DNA from: Heterodontus francisci
Taxonomy: Eukaryota
Direction of reading: 5' to 3'
Length of the DNA: 64,000 nt
Assembly (NCBI RefSeq): GCF_036365525.1
Contig: NC_090418.1
Span: 7,356,304-7,420,303, forward strand
The notes under the pieces are model-generated. The model was not told where the DNA came from. It saw nothing but the letters and a program-made list of their open reading frames with translations, and did not search any database. Made by a program: the position numbers and the translations under genes. Of the stretch, positions 37,630 through 49,693 are shown piece after piece. Numbering within the stretch: the stretch's first letter is position 1; every line of letters starts with the position of its first letter.

Positions 37630-39950
37630 TAGGAGCAGAAATAGGCCATTCGGCCCCTCAAGCCAGCCCCGCCATTCAATAAGATCATGGCTGATCTGCC
37701 CTAGACCTCAACTCCTCTTTCGTGCCAGCTCCTCATTGCCCTCAACTCCCCAACATTTCAAAAATCTATCTACCTCCTCTTTAAATACATTCAGTGATCT
37801 AGCCTCCACAACTCTCTGGGGTAGAGAATTCCACTACCCTCTGAGAGAAGAGGTTCCCTCGCATCTCAGTTTTAAACGAGTGTCCCCTTATTCTGTAACT
37901 ATGTCCCTTAGTTCGAGATTCCCCCACTTGTGGAAACATCTTCTCAACATCTACCCTGTCAAGCCCCCTCAGAATCTTGTACGTTTCAATAAGATCACCC
38001 CTCATTCTTCTAAACTCTAATGAATAAAGGCCTAACCTGTTTAGCCGTTCTTGATAAGTCAACCTCTTCATCCCAGGAATCAGCCGAGTGAATCTCTTTT
38101 GAACTGCCTCCAATGCTAATATATCCTTTCTTAAATACGGGGACCAAAACTGTACACAGTACTCCAGGTGCGGCCTCACCAACACCCTGTACAGTTTTAA
38201 CAAGACTTCCCTATTTTTAAACTCCAACCCACTCGTAATAAAGGCCAAAATTCCATTTACCTTCTTAATTACTTGCTGCACCTGCATGCTAACTTTTTGT
38301 GTTTCATGCACAAGAAAACCCAGATCCCTCTGTGCTGCACTTTTTTGAAATCTCTCTCCATTTAAATAATAGTCTGCCTTTTGATTCTTCCTATCGAAGT
38401 GCATGACTTCACACCTTCCTACATTAAACTCCATCTGCCAAGTTTTTTCCCACTCACTCAACCTATCTATATCCCCTTGCAGATTCCTTATATCCTCATC
38501 ACAACATACACACCCACCTATTATTGTTTCAGCAGCAAATTTGGATATATCACACTCTGCCCCCTCCTCCAAGTCATTAATATAGGTAGTAAGTAATTGA
38601 GGCCCTAGGACTGATCCTTGTGGCACTCAACTAGTTATGTCTTTCCAACCTGAAAAAGACCCAGTAATCCCGACTCTCTGTCTTCTGTGAGTTAACCAAT
38701 CCTTAATCCACGCTAATACATTACTCCCAATACAGTGAGCTCCTATCTTGTGCAATAATCTTTTATGTGGCACCTTATCGAATGCCTTCTGGAAATCCAA
38801 ATACACTACATCTACCGGTTCCCCTTTATCAGCTCTGCTTGTTATATCCTCAAAGAACTCTAGTAAATTTGTCAAACACGATTTCTCTTTCACAAAACCA
38901 TGTTGACTCTGTTTGATTGCGTTAAGCTTTTCTAAATGTCCTGCTATTTCTTCCTTAATAATGGACTCTAGCATTTTCCCAATAACCGATGTTAGGCTGA
39001 CTGGCCTATAGTTTCCTGCTTTTTGTCTCCCACCCTTCTTGAACAGGGGCATTACATTAGCGGTTTTCCAATCCGCTGGGATCCTCCTGCAATCCAGTGA
39101 GCTCTGGAATATTTCAACCAATGTCTCCGCTATCTCTGCAGCCACTTCCTTTAAAACCCTTGGATGTAGGCCATCAGCTCCTGGCGACTTGTCTGCATTT
39201 AGTCCCATTAGTTTGTCAAATACTTTGTCCCTCGTGATAAATACTGTGACAAGATCTTTCCTCCCATTAGCTCCTTGCTTATCTGATATCTGTGGGATGT
39301 TTATAGTGTCCTCCACCATGAAGACTAATGTAAAATATTGGTTTACATTATCTGAATTCCCCTGTTCCCCGTTCTCAATTCTCCAGTCGCATCCTCCAAG
39401 GGTCCCACGCTCACTTTAGCTACTCTCTTTCTTTTTATATACCTGTCGAACCTCTTGCTGTTGTTTTTTATATTTCTTGCCAGTTTACTTTCATACTCAA
39501 TTTTCTCCCTCCTTATTAACGTTTTAGTCATCTGTTGCTGGTTCCTAAAAAAATTCCCAATCCACTAGCTTTCGCTGTTTCGTATGCCTTAGTTTTTGAT
39601 TGGATACTCTCCTTAACAGCCTTTGTTAACCATGGGTGGTTCATCCTTCTCATCGAGTCCTTCTTTTTGATAAATCTTTGCGTTATGAAATATCTGCTTA
39701 AGTGTCTGCCACTGCTCATCCACTGACCTCATTCTATTTTCCCAGCCCGCTTTCGACAACTCTTTCTTCATCCCTCTGTAATTGCCCTTGTTTAAGTTGA
39801 GGACACTGGTTTGAGACCCGAGTTGCTCGCCCTCAAACTCAATTTGAAATTCTACCATGTTGTGATCGCTACTCCCTAGAGGATCCTTAACTACAATATC
39901 TCTTCTTAATCCTACCTCATTACACATTACTAGATCTAAAATAGCCTGCA
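37630..39950 (-). mobile_element. CR1 LINE ORF2 fragment in intron 1 of gene 1
   Basis: SDHNMVEF, NYRPVSLTS, QHGFVKEKSCLTNL, PQGSVLGP, RPHLEYCVQFWSP. Confidence 0.93.
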
Positions 39951-40055
39951 GTTGGTGAATTAAAGCAAAAACTGTCTCGTCTTACAGATCGGGACGAGTG
40001 AGACTGGTGAGGGGGTTGAAAGCAGTGGATCGAGAATCTCAGATTGCGTTCCTAC

Positions 40056-40122
40056 CTTGAAAATTGAGGCAAAAGCAGGTGAACAGGGCGCTGAACGTGT
40101 TCAGGGTGGCTGCACTCCTCAT
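40056..40122 (-). CDS. Gene 1 exon 1: signal peptide MRSAATLNTFSALFTCFCLNFQ(G)
   Basis: GAAATG start, hydrophobic leader and phase-1 donor AAG|GTAGGA matching the V exon. Confidence 0.75.
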
Positions 40123-40174
40123 TTCTCCCGGGCTACAGCAAAGGGCTAGCTTGCGTTTGATCTACAGTCTCCTC

Positions 40175-40350
40175 TTTGTTTTCCTGTCATTTGATCACAG
40201 TGCTCCCCTGGTCGAAACGTTTCTTTATAAGCCCTGGCTGTGTCCTCCGTCACACACCGCCTGACAGGATGTTTGTGGTTCGTTGAACTGAGAATTTCTT
40301 CGCTGCAAAGTGGTAGGTTCTCAGGCATGATATTGGAACAGCTGTGGTCA
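40175..40350 (-). promoter_or_regulatory. Putative promoter of gene 1
   Basis: TATAAAG (minus, about 40223-40229), ETS-like CAGGAA/CAGGAT, RUNX TGTGGTT 40274-40280, overlapping CAGCTG/TGTGGT 40339-40348. Confidence 0.5.
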
Positions 40351-40469
40351 AACATTTATACTGAGGCGCCAACAATCTGAAGGCAGGGGCAGAGAGTGCA
40401 GGTGTTAAGGCTGTTCTCAAGCTAAGAGCCCTGGGTTCACAAATAACAAGGGGTCGCTGCGGCCTCATG

Positions 40470-40905
40470 AAAGTGCGCCGAGTGTTACTGGCACAGAAAC
40501 AGGCCATTCGGCCCATCTGCTCCGTGCTGGTGTTTATGCTGCACACGAGCCTCTTCATTTCACCCCATCACCGCATCCTTCTATCCCTTTCCCCCCCCCC
40601 CCCCATGTGTTTATCCAGCTTCCCCTCAAATGTATCTACTCTATTCACCTCAATCACTCCCTGTGGGAGCGAGTTCCACATTCTCACCACTCTCTGGGTA
40701 AAGAGGTTTCTCCTGAATTCCCCATTGGATTTATTAGTTGCTGTCTTATATTGATGGTCCCCTAGTTCTGGTCTCCCCCCACAAGTGGAAACATCTTCTC
40801 TACGTCTACCCGATCGAAACCCCTCCATAAATTCAGGTCACCACCCCCCCCCCCCCCACCCCACCCCACCCCACCTCACCCCCTCAACCTTCTCCTTTCT
40901 AGAGA
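40470..40905 (-). mobile_element. CR1 3' fragment
   Basis: FRRNLFTQRVVRMWNSLP. Confidence 0.85.
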
Positions 40906-41063
40906 AATGATTCAAACATCAGCAATTTACTTTAATCTAGCACCTTTAACATATTCAAACCTCGCAAGTCACATCATTGGAGCAACTATCAAACAAAATT
41001 TGACACTAAGCTACATAAGGAAGTATCAGGGCCAAAAGCTTGGTCAAAGTGGTAGGTTTAAAG

Positions 41064-41311
41064 TGTTAGGGTCTGCAGTTCTGTTAATCTATGATAAATA
41101 CCTGGTAGTTCAAGGTAATAGGGTGAATAGGTGTTGGGTGTTAATTAATTAATTGTATTCAAATGTGTATATATAAAGAGGAGCCAGCCAGCACTGCCTG
41201 TAGGTTGTTAGGAGTGGGGAAGTAAGCTCTGTGACAAGCAATAAATAGTCTCTGCCTAAGCTTCTTAGTCTCAGTGTCGTCTTCGCAAACAGGCTTGGAA
41301 GTTCTCCAACA
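41064..41311 (+). mobile_element. Short solo LTR (about 250 bp) inserted in an L2/SINE fragment
   Basis: TGTT...AACA termini, internal TATATAAA and AATAAA, near-TSD TAAAG/TTAAG, host sequence resumes on both sides. Confidence 0.6.
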
Positions 41312-42077
41312 TTAAGGAGTGTCGTAAGGAGGGGAGAGAGGCAGAGAGATTTAGGGAGGGAATTCCAGAGCTTAGGACCCAGGCAGCTGAAGGCACGGCC
41401 ACCAATGGTGGAGCGATGGAAATCGGGGGCGCGCAAGAGACTAGAATTGGAGGTGTACGGAGATCTGGGAGGGCTGTAGGAGGTAGAGAGGGGACGAGTC
41501 CATGGAGGGATTAGAAAATAAGGGTGAGAATTTTAACATTGAGGCCTGTGATATTGTACTGAATGAAATTATTTAATTTACACTGGGGTTTAATTGCTTT
41601 TATTAAGTTCATTCATGGGATGTGGGCGGCGCTGGCTAGGCCAGCATTTATTGCCCATCATTAATTGCCCTTGAGAAGGTGGCGGTGAGCTGCCTTCTTG
41701 AACCGCTGCAGTCCGTGTGGTGTCGGTATACCCACAGTGCTGGTAGGGAGGGAATGGGTTTGGTTCAAGTTTCCTCGGAATCGAATTGCTTGGCGTCAAA
41801 TTTAATTTGATGGTCGCTCTTGTGAAACGCCTCATGACGTTTTATTATATTAATGCACATTCTTGCTGCCATGTCCTTTATAGTGTCCCAACTCGGAAGG
41901 CCTGGACAGATGAATCTATCCTTCCGTTTCACACACTTGTCGACGTGGGTTTCACCTCCGGCAAAAGTGCTGGTGAGAGCCCCGCATCACCTCCTCAGGG
42001 AAAGGCCCACCGCATTATGTGCCAATTAGGCACTTAAGTGGACAGCTGTGGGTCTTTTGTGGGATCAAGGACCCCAG

Positions 42078-42548
42078 TTTGTTTTTTATTTCAAAAATAT
42101 ACTTTATTCATAAAAATTTGGAAAAAATACATGACAAAACAGTTCCAAACAGCACCAAGTGAAAAAATACAAACAGAGCAAAGGAGGTCAGTTTCCTTCA
42201 ATACAGGAGTGAGTTGCCTCACAACCCTTCCATTATATTTTTCATGCCATGTACATTTTACAGCACACGAAAATTTTCCCGATACAGTTCGAGGGGTTTT
42301 CCATGGATCCAGCCCCTCAGTTCAGCTTGGTGGTGTGGGGTGGGGGGGGTACCTTACACAGTGGTCTTTCCCCATTGAGCCTTTGCTGCGGCTGCCCCAA
42401 GCTTTAGTGCGTCCCTCAGCACGTAGTCCTGGACGTTGGAGTGTGCCAGTCTGCAACACTCAGTGGTGGACAACTCTTTGCGTTGGAAGACCAGCAGGTT
42501 TCGGGCAGACCAAAGGACGTCTTTCACCAAATTGATCAAGGACCCCAC
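42078..42548 (-). mobile_element. Tx1/L1-type LINE 3' end
   Basis: INLVKDVLWSARNLLVFQ..VQDYVLRDALKLGAAAAKAQWGKTTV*; AATAAA and A-rich tail on the minus strand. Confidence 0.75.
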
Positions 42549-43059
42549 TGACAGAGGTCACGCCCTCTGAGAGCTGAGAGGCAGTAGCTGCTGCTGGTAC
42601 TGGACCCACCGGAGGCCAGGGACCCTGGGCACATCTAGGTCAGGATGGGAGGGGGTCTCACAAGCTGGGGGCATGGGGGATGGGGCTGTATGGGGTGTTA
42701 GCAGCAGTTACAGGGGGTGGCACTCAGCAGGCACCGCCCCCCACCCCCTTCCCGATGCCGGGTCCCTCAATTAGGCACTAAATGCCTTTTAACAAGCCCC
42801 TCCCACCCACCACGCCCCCGCCATCATGGGTTTGTTTGTTGGGCATTAATTGCCCACTTAAGGGCCTCAATTGGCAGTGGGGCAGGAAGGACGTCCGCAG
42901 GCTTCCCCTGTGGAGACGGGAAGGTGGCGGGTCCCTTCATCGCCATCGTCCCACCTTATTTAATGCTCTCCCTACCTCCAAACCCGCCATGGGGGAAAGC
43001 ATAAAATACCTCCCCCCACCTCCCCCCCCCCATGTGACAGCCCCAGAAAACACACAAAG

Positions 43060-43400
43060 CAGGTAGAGTGAAGAGGGAGAGGGTGATGCCAAGGTTGTCC
43101 ATTGTAGGAGGGCAGAAGGGAAGACAGAGGAAGAGAGGAAATACTGAAGGATGGAGGGAGGGCAGAGGGAGGGAAGGCTATGGGAGGAAGGGAGGGAAGA
43201 CAGAGCGGGGGAAGACGGAGGGAAAGAAGACAGGGGAGGAAGGAAAGACTGAGGGAGAGAGAGAATACAGAAGGAGGGAGGGAAGACAGAGGGAGGGCTG
43301 AAGGAGGAAAGACTGAGGGAGACAGGGAAGACTGAGAGAGGGAGGGAAGACTGAGAGAGGGAGGGAAGACTGAGGGAGGGAGGGAGGGAAGAGGGAGCTT
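43060..43400. repeat. GA-rich low-complexity tract
   Basis: GGAGGGAAGAC-type repeats. Confidence 0.85.
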
Positions 43401-43734
43401 CACAGTTTAGAGAATGAGTAACAATAAATGGTCCAATCACTGGATTTCAACACACGAAGGAAGCTGGGGCCGGGGAGAAAGGTAAGTAAATCAGGGGAGG
43501 GATGGAGCTCAGAGGGACTGAGAGAGAGAGTGAGAGAGAGAGAGAAAGAGAGAAGGGAACAATCAAAGGAACCAACATAGAGGTGCGCGAGGAAAGATGA
43601 AAAGAAACCGCCACAAGAAAAATGGGGGTCATACATTTTGAGTTCATAAAGTGACAAGGAGAAAGAGTGGAGTCAGCAATTGGGCTCCAAATATTGCAGG
43701 TCCAGTTCTCTGAGCTGTTGTAAAGTAGGAAACA

Positions 43735-46700
43735 AGAACAAAGAACAGTACAGCACAAGAACAGGCCATTCGGCCCTCCAAGCCTGCGCCGATCTTGATG
43801 CCTGTCTAAACTAAAACCTTCTGCACTTCCGGGGACCGTATCCCTCTATTCCCATCCTATTCATGTATTTGTCAAGATGCCTCTTAAACGTCATTATCGT
43901 ACCTGCTTCCACCACCTCCCCCGGCAGCAAGTTCCAGTCACTCACCACACTCTATGTAAAGAACTTGCCTCGCACATCCCCTCTACATTTTGCCCCTCGC
44001 CCTTAAACCTATGTTCCCTAGTAACTGACTCTTCCACCCTGGGAATAAGCTTCTGACTATCCACTCTGTCCATGCCGCTCATAACTTTGTAAACCTCTAT
44101 CATGTCGCCCCTCCACCTCCGTCGTTCCAGTGAAAACAATCCGAGTTTATCCAACCTCTCCTCAAAGCTAACACCCTCCAGACCAGGCAACATCCTGGTA
44201 AACCTCTTCTGTACTCTCTCCAAAGCCTCCACATCCTTCTGATAGTGTGGCGACCAGAATTGTACACAATATTCCAAGCGTGGCCTAAGGTTCTGTACAG
44301 TTGCAGCATGACTTGCCAATTTTTATACTCTATGCCCCGACTGATGAAGGCAAGCATGCCTTTGGGCGGCACAGTGGCGCAGTGGTTAGCACCGCAGCCT
44401 CACAGCTCCAGAGACCCGGGTTCGATTCTGGGTACTGCCTGTGCGGAGTTTGCAAGTTCTCCCTATGACCGCGTGGGTTTTCGCCGGGTGCTCTGGTTTC
44501 CTCCCACAGCTAAAGACTTGCAGGTGATAGGTAAATTGGCTGTTGTAAATTGCCCCTAGTGTAGGTAGGTGGTAGGGAATATGGGATTGCTGTAGGGTTA
44601 GTATAAATGGATGGTTGTTGGTCGGTACAGACTCGGTGGGCCGAAGGGCCTGTTTCAGTGCTGTATCACTAAATAAATAAAAATAAATGCCGTATGCCTT
44701 CTTGACTACCTTATCCACCTGCATTGCCACTTTCAGTGATCTGTGGACCTGTACGCCCAGATCTCTCTGCCTGTCGATACTCCTAAGGGTTCTGCCATTT
44801 ACTGTATACTTCCCACCTGTATTGGACCTTCCAAAATGCATTACCAAAATCATCTCCATCTGCCATTTCTCCAACCGATCTGTATCCTCTGACAATCCTC
44901 ATCAATATCCGCAACTCCACCAACCTTTGTGTCATCCGCAAACTTACTAATCAGACCAGCTACATTTTCCTCCAAATCATTTATATATACTACAAACAGC
45001 AAAGGTCTCAGCACTGATCCCTGTGGAACACCAGTAGTCACATCCCTCCATTCAGAAAAACACCCATCCACTGATACCCTCTGTCTTCTGTGACTGAGCC
45101 AGTTCTGTATCCATCTTGCCAGCTCACCTCTGATCCCATGTGACTTCACCTTTTGTACCAGTCTGCCATGAGGGACCTTGTCAAAGGCTTTACTGAAGTC
45201 CATGGAGACAACATCCACTGCCCTTCCTTTATCAATCATCTTCGTCACTTCCTGAAAAAACTCGATCAAGTTAGTGAGACACGACCTCCCCTTCACAAAA
45301 CCATGCTGCCTCTTGCTAATAAGTTCCTTTGCTTCCAAATGGGAATAAATCCTGTCAGAAGAATCCTCTCTAATAATTTCCCTACCACTTACATAAGGCT
45401 CACCGGCCTATAATTTCCTGGATTATCCTTGCTACCCTTCTTAAACAAAGGAACAACATTGGCTATTCTCTAGTCCTCTGGGACCTCACCTCTAGCCAAT
45501 GAGGATACAAAGATTTCTGTCAAGGCCCCAGCAATTTCCTCCCTTGCCTCCCTCAGTATTCTGGGGTAGATCCCATCAGGCCCTGGGGACTTATCTACCT
45601 TTCTGCTTTGTAAGACACCCAACACCTCCTCCTTTTTGATAATGAGATGACTGAGACTATCTACACTCCCTTCCCTAGGCTCATCATCCACCAAATCCTT
45701 CTCTTGGGTGAATACTGATGCAAAGTACTCATTTAGTACCTCACCCATTTCCTCTGGCTCCACGCATAGATTCCCTCCTCTGTCCTTGAGTGGGCCAACC
45801 CTTTCCCTGGCTACCCTCTTGCTCTTTATATACGTATAAAAAGCCCTGGGATTCTCCTTAATCCTGTTTGCCAATGACTCTTCATGACCCATTTTAGCCC
45901 TCCTGACTCCTTGCTTAAGTTCTTTCCTACTTTCTTTATATTCCTCAAGGGCTTCGTCTGTTCCCAGCCTTCTAGCCCTTATGAATGCTTCCTTTTTCTT
46001 TTTGACTAGGCTCACAATATCCCTCGTTATCCAAGGTTCCCGAAACTTGCCAAACTTATCCTTCATCCTCACAGGAAAATGTCGGTCCTGGATTCTAATC
46101 AACTGATGTTTGAAGGACTCCCACATGTCAGATGTTGATTTACCCTCAAACAGCCGCCCCCAATTTAAATTCTTCAGTTCCTGCCTAATATTGTTATAAC
46201 TAGCCTTCCCCCAATTTAGCATCTACACCCGAGGACTACTCTTATCCTTATCCACAAGTACCTTAAAACTTACAGAATTATGGTCACAGTTCCCGAAATG
46301 CTCCCCTATTGAAACTTCGAACACCTGGCCGGGCTCATTCCCCAATACCAGGTCCAGTACGGCCCCTTCCCTAGTTGGACTATCTACATATTGTTTCAAG
46401 AAGCCCTCCTGGATGCTCCTTACAAATTCTGCCCCATCCAAGCCCCTAGCACTAAGTGAGTCCCAGTCAATATAGGGGAAGTTAAAATCACCCACCACTA
46501 CAACCCTGTTACCTTTACGTCTTTCCAAAATCTGTCTACATATCTGCTCCTCTACCTCCCACTGGCTGTTGGGAGGCCTGTAGTAAACCTCCAACATCGT
46601 GACTGCACCCTTCCTATTCCTGTGCTCCACCCATATTGCCTCGCTGCATGACCTCTCCGAGGTGTCCTCCCGCAGTACAGCTGTGATATTCTCCTTAACC

Positions 46701-47070
46701 AGTAATGCAACACTCGCACCCCTTTTACATCCCCGTCTATCCCGCCCGAAGCTTCTAAATCCCGGAATGTTTAGCTGCCAATCCTATCCTTCCCTCAACC
46801 AAGTCTCTGTAATAGCAACAACATCATAGTTCCGAGTACTAATCCGAGCTCTAAGATCATCTGCCTTACCTGTTATACTTCTCGCATTGAAACAAATGCA
46901 CTTCAGTCCACCAGTCCCGCTGTGCTCCGCAACATCTCCCTGCCTGCTCTTCCTCTTAGTCTTACTGGCCTTATTCGCTAGTTCCCCCTCAGTTATTTCA
47001 CCTGCTGACCTACTGCTCTGGTTACCACCCCCTGCCACACTAGTTTAAACCCTCCCGAGTGATGCTAGCA
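43735..47070 (-). mobile_element. CR1 LINE (whole ORF2 region), degraded, with nested SINE
   Basis: CFNARSI, AITETWL, YYRPP, GDFN, QHGFVKGRSCLTNL, FADDTK. Confidence 0.93.
44364..44686 (+). mobile_element. HE1-type SINE nested in CR1
   Basis: Same family as 12924-13282; (TAAA)n tail; TSD ATGCC. Confidence 0.85.
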
Positions 47071-48486
47071 AACCTCGCAGCCGGGACACTTGTGCTCCCC
47101 AATCTGCGCACAGCAAGCTCCCACAAACAACAACATGATAAATAGCCAGATATTCTGTTTTCTTTAATATTTATTGTGTATATGGCATTGATGAAAGGAT
47201 AGATATCAGCCCCAGAACATCAGGGAGAACTCCTCTGCTCTTCTTCGAATCGAAGCCGTGGGATTGTTTACTTCCACCCGAGAGGGCAGACGGGGGATTG
47301 GTCTAACGTCTCATCTGAGAGTGCAGCATTCCCTCGCTGATCGCAGCAAGCCACAGGCGGGATTCCAGGAACAACCATACCCCTCGGGACGCCAAAGCAC
47401 AGCTGAAAGAAGCAGTCGAAATTGACGGTAATCGTCAATTACAGCGAAGTGACCTCTTACCAGTTGGCGCCAAGCAAGACCTTGAGATAATGGAGGCAAT
47501 GGTTTCCTTCATCACTCTGTTACTGCAGCCCCTCTGGCCTGCTTTGGGAGCCCAGGCCGTGATTCAGTCTTGGACCTCCAGTCGATCCCACAACCGCCGG
47601 TTGTCAGCCACGTACCCCTTGCACTGATCCCATGCCCCTCCGCCATGTCACACTGAGGCCTGGGGAGAGTGAGAACTCCAAACGTAGAGGGATCACACTC
47701 TTAGGCACACCCCCTCCCCCACCCGTGGCCCCATTTGGTGCAGGCAGAGCAGTCAACATGGAGGAGGTTTGAAGGCCTGCTTGCAAGACGCACCCAACGC
47801 CTGACAAAATGGCCTGGTGAACTGGAACGTCCCAAGGGACAGTTCATCAAATATGTCCAGGAAATTGTGGTTTATCATAGAAACAGGAGACATAGACAAG
47901 CTGGGCTGAATAGTGTGTTCCTCTGCTGGAAATGCAATGCCATGGAAACAGACCATTCGGCCCAACCGGTTCATGCTAGTGTTTATGCTCCACACAAGCC
48001 TCCTCCCGCCCCTCCTAAACTCACCCTATTAATCTATCCCTTCCCTCTTGTGTACCGACCTAACATCCCTTCAATGCAAGCTTCCGGTTGCATCTGTTCC
48101 CCCAAACTCCTTGGGCCTATGGGGTTAGGGGTAGGGTAGGAATCCAGCAGACTTGCCAGATCTAATCAGCATCCAGTGGCTCCTGTGGGAAACTACAGCA
48201 GTGAAGATTCAGAGAGGATAGGCTGGGCTATGATGCGTCTGCTGGTTGAAGAGCCCAGTGGGAGTCTGGCCTCACTCATCTAAAAATGGACACTCAAGCA
48301 AAGTGGGAGAAGATTCCCGACGCTCATGTCATTGGACTGTGCCACCAGGAGGCAGCAGAGTCTAACTGGACCCTACCTCATCAATTACAACCAAGCAATA
48401 TGGTTAGACCACGCTTGGAGCACTGTGCACAGTTCCTGTATCCATAATCACACTTGGAGAACTGTGCACAATTACAGTCTCCACAT

Positions 48487-49656
48487 GACAGGAAACAGAG
48501 AGTAGTGGTTAATGGATGTTCTTCGGGCTGGAGGAAGGTTTGTAGTGGAGCTCCCCAATGGTCAGTGTTGGGACCCTTGCTTTTCCTGATATATATTAAT
48601 GACCTAGACCTTGGTGTACAGGGTACAATTTCAAAAGTTGCAGATGATATGAAACTTGGAACAATTGTGAGCTATGAGGAGGATAGTGTGTAACTTCAAA
48701 AGGGCATCGACAAGCTGGTGAAATGGGCAGACAGGTAGCAGATGAAGTTCAATGCAGAGAAGTGCAAAGTGATTCATTTTGGTAGGAAGAACATTGAGAG
48801 ACAAGATAAAATAAAGGGTACAATTCTAAAGGGGGTGCAGGAGCAGAGGGACCTAGGCGTATATGTGCATAAGTCATTGAAAGTGGCAGGACAGGTTGAG
48901 AGAGTGGTTAATAAAGCCTACAGTATCCTGGGCTTTATTAATAGGGACATAGAGTACAAGAGCAAGGAAGTTATATTGAACTTGTATAAGACACGAGTTC
49001 GGCCTCAGCTGGAGTATTGCGTCCAGTTCTGGGCACTGCACTTTAGGAAAGACGTGAAGGCGTAGGAGAGAGTACAGAAAAGATTCACGAGAATGGTTCC
49101 AGGGATGAGGAATTTCAGTTATGAGGATAGATTGGAGAAGTTGGAACTGTTTTCCTTGGAGAAGGGAAGGATGAGGTGATTTAATGGAGGTGTTCAAAAT
49201 CATGAGGGGTCTGGACAGAGTAGCTCGGGAAAAACCGAAAGGTCTGAGAACGAGAGGGCACAGATTTAAAGTGATTGACAAATGAAGATAAAACACACGA
49301 GGAAAATCTTTTTCATGTAGCGAGTGGTTAGGATCTGGAATGCACTGCCTGAGAGTGTGGCGGAGACAGGTTCAATCAAGGCTTTATAAAGGGAATTAGA
49401 CTGTTATCCGAAAAGGAAGAATGTACAGGGTTACGGGGCGAAGGCAGGTGAATGGCACTAGGTGAATATTCGGAGAGCTAGTGCGTGGTTAAAGATCTAC
49501 GTTTTTCTCACATGGAACGAGACTCCCAGTCCTTCGATATATTTGCATAAGTAGATGTGAAACGCATTTCACACCTTGAAGGTGGTGCATCGCTTAAAGC
49601 TAAGCTGACTGGAAGATGGGTTTGATACAGAGCTCTGGTTAAAATAACAATGGGCC
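48487..49656 (+). repeat. About 1.17-kb direct duplicate (CR1 RT/3' end plus 160-bp insert) of 54430-55599
   Basis: Near-identical sequence at offset 5943, with shared stop codons. Confidence 0.9.
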
Positions 49657-49693
49657 AAGTGGCCTCCTTCTGTGCTGTAACAAATATGTAACA

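Noticed and set aside
43428-43487. Plus-strand ATG..AAG|GTAAGT mini-exon (MVQSLDFNTRRKLGPGRK)
   Set aside because: No partner exon found; lies between low-complexity tracts
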